A stretch of 64,000 bases of DNA from an uncultured archaeon (GTDB lineage: Archaea; Iainarchaeota; Iainarchaeia; Iainarchaeales; CSSED10-239): positions 20,421 to 84,420 of the forward strand of contig CAZPGO010000030.1 of NCBI GenBank assembly GCA_964586355.1, written 5' to 3'. Positions 57,846 through 64,000 of this stretch are shown here, one piece after another. The first letter of the stretch is position 1. Each line of letters begins with the position of its first letter. A program made the position numbers and the translations under genes. The notes below the pieces were generated by a model. The model did not search any database. It was given only the letters and a program-made list of their open reading frames with translations, and was not told the origin of the DNA.

Positions 57846-58763
57846 ATGATCTATTATAAAATTGGCAAAATACCAATTAGAAAAAAAGGAGTTTTAGCTC
57901 CTATGTTAGAATATACCACAAAAAGTTTTAGAGACCTTTGTTCTCATTATGGTTGTGGATATTTATTTACTGAAATGGTTCATATAAATAAAATCATTAA
58001 TACTGGTGATTTGCCATTAATTTCAGAAAGCCCAACAGCATTACAGATTGTTGGTGATTTTAGAGATAAACAAAGTACTTTGTTAGCGCTAGAAAAAATA
58101 GAAAAATCAAAATTTAAGATAGTAGATTTTAATTTTGGGTGTCCTTCAAGAAAAATAATTTCAACAAATTCTGGTGCTTTTTTATTAAAATATCAAAAAG
58201 AGGTTTTTGAGGTTTTAAAAGAAATTAAGCAAATAAGTAATTTAGCAATAACTGTAAAGACCAGACTAGGTTTTGATAATAACCAAATTGAAAAAATAGC
58301 AAAACAATTAGAAAAAACAAATATAGATGGTTTTTCTGTTCATGGAAGATTAGCAAAAGAAAATTATAGTGTTCCTTCTGATTTTGAAAGTGTAAGAAAG
58401 ATCTCTGATCTTGTTTCTTTTCCTTTAATCTATAATGGAGATATAACCACAGAAAATTATAAAGATTTTTTAAATATTAATGAGTTTACTGATCTAATGA
58501 TTGGAAGAGGAGCACTTAAAGATCCTTTTGTTTTTAAGCAGATTAATAATTTTTTAGATCACAAATCTACTCCAACACTAACAAAAAAGGAAATTATTTT
58601 AAAATATCTTTATTATGCAAAAAAAAATAATGAAAACATAAGCTCACAGAAATTAATTTTACTTCAATTGTTAAATGGTTTAGATAATACCAGATCCTTA
58701 AAAAATAGTATTTGTAATTCTAAAACAAAAGAGGATCTACTCTCTCTTTTTTTATCTAAATAA
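57846..58763 (+). CDS. dus: tRNA-dihydrouridine synthase (Dus family, TIM barrel).
   Basis: LAPMLEYTTKSFRDLC is present. The FMN/catalytic motif is DFNFGCPSRKI. It is 305 aa. Confidence 0.8.
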   Translation: MIYYKIGKIPIRKKGVLAPMLEYTTKSFRDLCSHYGCGYLFTEMVHINKIINTGDLPLISESPTALQIVGDFRDKQSTLLALEKIEKSKFKIVDFNFGCPSRKIISTNSGAFLLKYQKEVFEVLKEIKQISNLAITVKTRLGFDNNQIEKIAKQLEKTNIDGFSVHGRLAKENYSVPSDFESVRKISDLVSFPLIYNGDITTENYKDFLNINEFTDLMIGRGALKDPFVFKQINNFLDHKSTPTLTKKEIILKYLYYAKKNNENISSQKLILLQLLNGLDNTRSLKNSICNSKTKEDLLSLFLSK

Positions 58764-58786
58764 TAAAATTATAAGTAACCTCTGTT

Positions 58787-59512
58787 TTATAGTAACAATA
58801 AGATTGCTAATAATATTAAAAAAATTAATAAAAAAACTGTGTTGTGTTTATAGACGTATAAAATTGCTTTTTTTAAACCTAAAAAAATATTTTTAAACAC
58901 CCATAAAACATATTCCAAAAGTCTAGAAGGTTCTTTTATTTCTTCAATCATTTCTTGAAATAGTTGATTGTTATTTTTTTGTTTAACTTTAATTTCTTTA
59001 AAATTATTTAGTTTATTATCTGTAGCATCAAAAATAAAATCTTTTTTATCAACAGTAATTTTCCAAAAAGGCACCCAAATCTCATCAAATCCACTAAGTG
59101 CAACTTCTTCTTTTTCTATTGTGTATTTACTTAATAATGTTTTAAGTATAATTTTTTCAGATTCTTTTTGACTAATAACAAGTTTTTTTATTTTTACTTC
59201 TGTTTTTTCAAAAACATTAATTTCTAGATTTTTAATTAGTTTTGGATTAGAAAATTCAAAAAGTTTTAGAATATCATCTTCTATTTTGTTTTTTGTGGCA
59301 TTTAGTGCGGTTTGTCCAGAGATATGCTTATATTTACCATCTATTTTAGTATCTATATCAAAAAAACAGACCCAATAAGGAAGGACTACTAATCTTAATC
59401 CTTCTTTATTGATTTTTATGTTGTGCCCTTTAGAACAAAATTCTTTACTAAATATATTAACAGCATCTTCTGTCGTTATATTAATTGGAAAACAGTTTTT
59501 ATTAAATTCCAT
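58787..59512 (-). CDS. Hypothetical protein with a C-terminal TM anchor (241 aa).
   Basis: The C-terminal segment is VFLLIFLILLAILLLL. Confidence 0.3.
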   Translation of the reverse strand: MEFNKNCFPINITTEDAVNIFSKEFCSKGHNIKINKEGLRLVVLPYWVCFFDIDTKIDGKYKHISGQTALNATKNKIEDDILKLFEFSNPKLIKNLEINVFEKTEVKIKKLVISQKESEKIILKTLLSKYTIEKEEVALSGFDEIWVPFWKITVDKKDFIFDATDNKLNNFKEIKVKQKNNNQLFQEMIEEIKEPSRLLEYVLWVFKNIFLGLKKAILYVYKHNTVFLLIFLILLAILLLL

Positions 59513-59530
59513 TTTTAATTAACATTAGAC

Positions 59531-59887
59531 TTAATTTCTGTTTTTAAAGATTTTTACTTTTGCAGGAGTTAACAAAACTTTTGTTTTTGAAACAAATGCT
59601 AAGTCTCCACCATTGTCTTTTACAAACATTTTTATTTGACCTAAAAATTGTTTTGCTCTTTGTTCATTTCTTTTAGACAACTTTTCTATATCTAAGATAA
59701 CTATATTTCTTTGTTTTAGTTCTCTTATAGTTTCTTCAACTTCTCCATTTGTTTGTAAGCTAATAGGTTTTACAAAAAAGTCAACATCTTCTGGTTCTTC
59801 TTCGACTTCCATATTATTTAAAAAGTCATCCATATCTAAACCATCTTTTTTTGAAAACACACCTTCGAAAAATGCCACCAAAACCAC
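59531..59887 (-). CDS. sepF: SepF-like cell division protein (DUF552).
   Basis: The C-terminal domain IVILDIEKLSKRNEQRAKQFLGQIKMFVKDNGGDLAFVSKTKVLLTPAKVKI matches the SepF core (..ld......r.iDfl.G...a.GG....i....fLltP..v.i). It is 118 aa. Confidence 0.5.
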   Translation of the reverse strand: MVLVAFFEGVFSKKDGLDMDDFLNNMEVEEEPEDVDFFVKPISLQTNGEVEETIRELKQRNIVILDIEKLSKRNEQRAKQFLGQIKMFVKDNGGDLAFVSKTKVLLTPAKVKIFKNRN

Positions 59888-60102
59888 CTCAAAATTCGTT
59901 TATTTTTTTATTGTTTCTTGTTTTTTTAATTAAAACAAATATCATATAATAATATATTTTGCACCAAAATGTATAAAAACTAGATTGTATTTTCTTTTTT
60001 TCTAATGGCTCTAAAAATAGCCAAAAATCCTAGTTTTTATAATTATTTTGCTTTTTAAAGTTTTGTGTTCTTTATTTATATATATAACTTATTTTATAAA
60101 AT

Positions 60103-61293
60103 ATGATACTTATGACAAAATATACCCACATAGTTATACACTATAGTGAACTTGGAATCAAGAAGGGAAATAGATCTAAATTTGAGGCCCAATTAATAAG
60201 AAATATTTCATATTCTTTGGAACCATATGTTTTAAGGGTTCACAGAAGATATGGGATTGTTGTGTGTGTATTAAAAGAAGATCTAAAAGAAAAAGATCTA
60301 AAAGAAATAGAAGACAAGCTCTTACAAGTAATAGGAATTTCTTTTTTTGCTTTTGTTGTGGCTTGTAAAAAAGAGATTAATGATATTGCCAATTCTGTTT
60401 TCGATCTAATAAAGGAAAAGGAATTTGCATCTTTTAAGATTAACTCTAGAAGATCTAACAAACAATTTTTCTATTCCTCTCAACAGATAAATGAAATTAT
60501 AGGTGCAAAAGTTGTTGAACTTTTTTCAAAAAAAGTAAATCTAGATAAACCAGATCTAGAAATTTTTATAGAAGTTACAGAAACAGAAGTTTTTGTGTAT
60601 TCTAAAAAACACGCAGGTGTTTGTGGTCTTCCAATTGGCTCTAGTGGAACAGTAATTTGTTCTTTATCCGGTGGGATTGATAGTCCAGTTTCGGCATATT
60701 ATTTAATGACTAGAGGATGTAAAGTCGTTTTTGTTCATATCTTATCTGGAAATTTACAAGTAAATTCTTTAAAATCAAAAATTTATAAACTTTGTGAAGT
60801 ATTATCAAAATTTCAAAATTCTGCAAAATTATATGTGGTGCCTTTTTCTGAGATTCAAAAGCAAATAATTACTTTTGTTCCTGCTGATTATAGGATGATT
60901 GTTTATAGAAGATATATGTTAAAAATCATGTGTGAAATTGCAAAAAAAGAAAATGCAAAAGCAATAGTTACTGGAGATAGTGTGGGACAAGTGGCTTCAC
61001 AAACACTAGATAATCTTGCTTGTATTTATGAAGCATCATCTTTACCAATTTTTTCTCCATTAATAGGTTTAAATAAAGAACAAATAATTTCTGTTGCAAA
61101 AAAGATAGGAACCTATGAACTCTCTATTTTACCCTATCCTGATTGTTGTTCTTTTATGGTAGATAAACACCCTCAGACAAAAGCAAAGTTAGAGGATGTT
61201 TTGACTTTAGAAAAAAACATAAGTGATTCTTCTAAATTAGTTTTAGATGCTGTTGTAAATTCTGAGTGTAAGAAAATATCTCTAAAGGATTAA
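60103..61293 (+). CDS. thiI: tRNA 4-thiouridine synthase ThiI (THUMP plus PP-loop ATPase).
   Basis: The PP-loop is LSGGIDSPVSAYYLMTRGCKVVFVH. An N-terminal THUMP-like region is present. Confidence 0.85.
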   Translation: MILMTKYTHIVIHYSELGIKKGNRSKFEAQLIRNISYSLEPYVLRVHRRYGIVVCVLKEDLKEKDLKEIEDKLLQVIGISFFAFVVACKKEINDIANSVFDLIKEKEFASFKINSRRSNKQFFYSSQQINEIIGAKVVELFSKKVNLDKPDLEIFIEVTETEVFVYSKKHAGVCGLPIGSSGTVICSLSGGIDSPVSAYYLMTRGCKVVFVHILSGNLQVNSLKSKIYKLCEVLSKFQNSAKLYVVPFSEIQKQIITFVPADYRMIVYRRYMLKIMCEIAKKENAKAIVTGDSVGQVASQTLDNLACIYEASSLPIFSPLIGLNKEQIISVAKKIGTYELSILPYPDCCSFMVDKHPQTKAKLEDVLTLEKNISDSSKLVLDAVVNSECKKISLKD

Positions 61294-61296
61294 TTT

Positions 61297-62346
61297 ATGA
61301 AAAAAAAAGTGGTTGTTGGATTATCTGGTGGAGTAGATTCAACAATAGCTCTAGTTTTATTAAAAGAAAAAGGTTATGATCCTATAGGCGTTTCTTTAAA
61401 ATTACCTATTTGGTCTAAAAGTTCTTGTAAAGAAAATAGTTGTTGTACTGATAAATCTGTTGCGATTGCAAGAAAGATCTGCAAATCCTTAAACATTCCT
61501 CATTATGTTGTTGATGGTTGTGCTGATTTTGAAGAAAAGGTGGTTTCTTATTTTGTGTCTGAGATAAAAAACAACAAGACTCCAAACCCTTGTGTTATTT
61601 GTAATAAAGCTCATAAATTTAAAGTGCTTTTAGAGTGGGCTAAGAAAAAGAAAATTCCTTTTGTTGCTACTGGTCATTATGCAAAAACAAGATTAAATAA
61701 AGAAACAAATAAATATGAGCTTTTAATTCCAAAAGATAAAACAAAAGATCAAACTTATGGGTTGTGTTTGTTATCTGAAAAAGAGCTTTCTAAAATACTT
61801 TTTCCCTTAGCAAATTTAACCAAAGATCAAGTTTATAAAAAAGCACAAGACACCAATTTTGATTTTTTTACAAAACAAAAGCAAAGTCAAGATTTTTGTT
61901 ATGTTTCAGGCAAAGATCTTTATTCTTTTTTGTTAGAAAAAATTGGCGAACAAAAAGGCCAGATTTTAGATGTTAATAATAAGATATTGGCTGCTCATGA
62001 CGGCTCTTGGCTATACACTATTGGTCAAAGAAAAGGTTTAGGGCTAAATAAAAAATATTATGTTTTTTTTAAAGATAAAAATAATGTTTATGTAACTAAT
62101 AAAAAAGATCAAGTGAAAATAAAAGAAATAAATTTAGAAAACCTTCATTTAATTTCTGGTAAATTGCCTAAAAAAAAAATAAAGGTTAAGATAAGATATT
62201 CTTCTGACTTTTTTTCTGCAAAACTTGTAAAAAATAAAAAAGGAATAAAAGTTGTTTTAGACAAACCACTAGAATTTATAACCCCCGGTCAATTTTGTGT
62301 ATTTTATTCTGGCAAGGTGTGTTTAGGTGGCGGAATAATTAAATAA
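61297..62346 (+). CDS. mnmA: tRNA-specific 2-thiouridylase MnmA-like.
   Basis: The PP-loop is VVVGLSGGVDSTIALVLL. Catalytic Cys contexts are NPCVICNK and C at 200. It is 349 aa and adjacent to thiI. Confidence 0.8.
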   Translation: MKKKVVVGLSGGVDSTIALVLLKEKGYDPIGVSLKLPIWSKSSCKENSCCTDKSVAIARKICKSLNIPHYVVDGCADFEEKVVSYFVSEIKNNKTPNPCVICNKAHKFKVLLEWAKKKKIPFVATGHYAKTRLNKETNKYELLIPKDKTKDQTYGLCLLSEKELSKILFPLANLTKDQVYKKAQDTNFDFFTKQKQSQDFCYVSGKDLYSFLLEKIGEQKGQILDVNNKILAAHDGSWLYTIGQRKGLGLNKKYYVFFKDKNNVYVTNKKDQVKIKEINLENLHLISGKLPKKKIKVKIRYSSDFFSAKLVKNKKGIKVVLDKPLEFITPGQFCVFYSGKVCLGGGIIK

Positions 62347-62467
62347 TTTTTTAACATTTTAATTTTATTTTCCAAATACCAAGTATATAAAAAGTATTTT
62401 GTTTATAATATATAATAGTTTCTTAGATGCAATAACTATTTAAGAGAAAAATTTAGGGTGTTAATTA

Positions 62468-63676
62468 ATGAGTGATAATATTTTTTATGAATTATTAAAT
62501 CAAGATTCTGTTTTTACTGACAAATCAAAAATATCACCACATTATGCTCCAGAGAAACTACCTTTTCGTGATCAACAAATAAAAAACCTCTCTTTATGGT
62601 TAGCACCAGCACTAAAAAAAGCAAAACCTCATAATATCTTTATTTATGGTAAAGTGGGTACAGGAAAAACAACTGTTGTAAAACATGTAATAGATCAATT
62701 AGAGCATTTTTCTAAAGATCAACAGCTTCCATTAAAAACAATTTATATAAATTGTAGAAATTATCAAACAAAATATGCGATTTTATTCTATTGTGTTCAA
62801 TTGTTTTATCCAGATCTAAATTTTATAGGTTATTCTAGATCTTTTATTTATGATAAATTTTTAACTTATGTTAAAGAAAATAAACTTAATTTTGTAGTTA
62901 TCTTAGATGAGATTGACAAAGTAAAAGAAATTGATGATCTAACTTATACCCTAATAAGATCAAATGATGAAATAGATCTAGGCTCTGTTTCTATGATTGG
63001 CATCTCAAACAACATTTTTTTTAAAAATAATTTAGATTCTAGAACAAAAAGCACACTTTGTGAGCAAGAAGCGGTTTATCCCCCCTATAATGCTGAAGAA
63101 CTAAAAAGTATTCTTGAGCAAAGAGTTGAACTAGCTTTTAAAGAAAACTCAGTTACTGATTCTGCAATAAATTCTGCAGCTGCAATTGCTGCAAAAGAGT
63201 CAGGGGATGCTAGGCGTGCTGTTATGTTATTATTAAGAGCAGGAGAGCTTGCTGATCTAAATAAATCCAAACAAGTTACAGATAAGGAAGTTTACAGAGC
63301 AAAAGAAAAAGTTGAGTTAGAAGTTATGAAAAGCATGGTTTTAACTCTACCATTACAATTACAACTAGTTTTATTTGCAATTGCTCAAAGCTCATTAAAA
63401 CCTAAGGGAATACTCAATCTAACTGGTCAAACACTAGATTCAAATATAATCTATTCAGGAGAAATATTTGATAAATATTCAGAGATTTGTGAAAGTTATT
63501 GTGAAAAGGCAGTTTCTATAAGATGGTTTAGAGAATATATTACTGAGTTAGAGACCTATGGTTTTATTTCTACTACTATTTCTGGTAAAGGAGTAAAAGG
63601 AAATACTACTTTAATAAAACTAGGTATTGATGCACAAAGTATAGTAGATCTTTTAGAAAATGAATTAAAGGTTTAA
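62468..63676 (+). CDS. cdc6: Orc1/Cdc6 replication initiator (AAA+ plus a C-terminal winged helix).
   Basis: LPFRDQQIKNL is present. Walker A is IYGKVGTGKTTVVKHV. Walker B is VVILDEIDK. Sensor 2 is GDARRAVMLL. Confidence 0.9.
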   Translation: MSDNIFYELLNQDSVFTDKSKISPHYAPEKLPFRDQQIKNLSLWLAPALKKAKPHNIFIYGKVGTGKTTVVKHVIDQLEHFSKDQQLPLKTIYINCRNYQTKYAILFYCVQLFYPDLNFIGYSRSFIYDKFLTYVKENKLNFVVILDEIDKVKEIDDLTYTLIRSNDEIDLGSVSMIGISNNIFFKNNLDSRTKSTLCEQEAVYPPYNAEELKSILEQRVELAFKENSVTDSAINSAAAIAAKESGDARRAVMLLLRAGELADLNKSKQVTDKEVYRAKEKVELEVMKSMVLTLPLQLQLVLFAIAQSSLKPKGILNLTGQTLDSNIIYSGEIFDKYSEICESYCEKAVSIRWFREYITELETYGFISTTISGKGVKGNTTLIKLGIDAQSIVDLLENELKV

Positions 63677-63744
63677 ATTGTTTTTTTTTGTACAATCTAT
63701 TTGCTTTATATATCTTTTTTTGTATAATTTATTTGTGGTTTATT

Positions 63745-64000
63745 ATGCCAGAAACAAAAAAAATAGTAGATTCTATAAGGGTAAAAATTTTATCAGCTAT
63801 GAAACAAAAAGGTTCCATTACTCCAAATGTAAGACAAATTAAGAAATTAACAGGTTTTCATAGAGCTACCATTAAATCATCAATAGATTTTTTAGAAAAT
63901 TCTAAATTTATTAATGGGTATAGACCATTATTAGATTCTAAAGTTGTTGGAAATAAATTAGTTGTTTGGTCTTTTTTAAATGTTGATTCAAGTGATAAAA
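63745..64000 (+). CDS. Winged-helix transcriptional regulator-like protein, 3'-truncated by the window end.
   Basis: The ATG is at 63745. The protein is MPETKKIVDSIRVKILSAMKQKGSITPNVRQIKKLTGFHRATIKSSIDFLENSKFI, an HTH/wH pattern. Confidence 0.35.
   Translation, partial: MPETKKIVDSIRVKILSAMKQKGSITPNVRQIKKLTGFHRATIKSSIDFLENSKFINGYRPLLDSKVVGNKLVVWSFLNVDSSDK

Noticed and set aside
1-64000. CRISPR arrays, rRNA genes, inteins, and restriction-modification or other defence islands.
   Set aside because: No regularly spaced direct repeats of 25-40 bp with unique spacers were seen. No long GC-rich rRNA-like segment is present. PolD, RFC, CDC48, RNR, topoisomerase and Orc1 are all colinear without intein insertions. 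No methyltransferase or nuclease gene pairs were recognised.

Overview
This window is a very AT-rich, gene-dense archaeal chromosome segment. It has bacterial-like Shine-Dalgarno use, leaderless-style TATA promoters and many 4-nt gene overlaps. The gene content (PolD DP1/DP2, Orc1/Cdc6, RFC, TFE, aTrm56, S3Ae, S15P/S13e, Bud32/KEOPS, NAC, CDC48, XerA-like recombinase, archaeal initiator tRNA, small proteins, no inteins) fits a reduced-genome DPANN-type archaeon (Pace-/Woese-/Nanoarchaeota-like). That placement is an inference; no database search was possible.

Main content, in order:
- mutS-mutL operon
- a 3-tRNA cluster (Phe-GAA, Lys-CUU, Lys-UUU), aTrm56 and TFE
- tRNAi-Met followed by an accessory-looking block: a palindromic GTAATTAC repeat array, three hypothetical ORFs and a XerA-like tyrosine recombinase
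- an anaerobic class III RNR locus: nrdD with an apparent 5' frameshift and an in-frame TAA splitting off the glycyl-radical domain, then nrdG and a large ATP-cone RNR-like paralog
- CDC48, a CN-hydrolase, type IA topoisomerase, Lrp/AsnC, a MiaB-like methylthiotransferase and RFC small subunit
- a large type IV pilus (Epd/Aap-like) locus: FlaI/TadA-type ATPase with a long disordered N-terminal extension, two TadC/FlaJ-like membrane proteins, at least eight class-III-signal-peptide pilins including three tandem cassette-like paralogs, and an EppA/PibD-like prepilin peptidase, followed by exported and membrane proteins including a membrane-anchored OB-fold protein
- a JAMM protease and grpE-dnaK-dnaJ
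- PolD DP2 and DP1, UPF0147, NOG1-like GTPase and secF-secD
- a possible structured-RNA island
- DUF92, rpS3Ae, rpS15P, Bud32, ValRS (HIGH degenerated to HIGQ), NAC, Dus, SepF, ThiI, MnmA and Orc1/Cdc6

No CRISPR array and no rRNA were seen. The most interesting system is the pilus locus with its diversified tandem pilin cassette; the split/frameshifted nrdD, the degenerate RNR-like paralog and the tRNA-adjacent repeat/integrase island are secondary leads.
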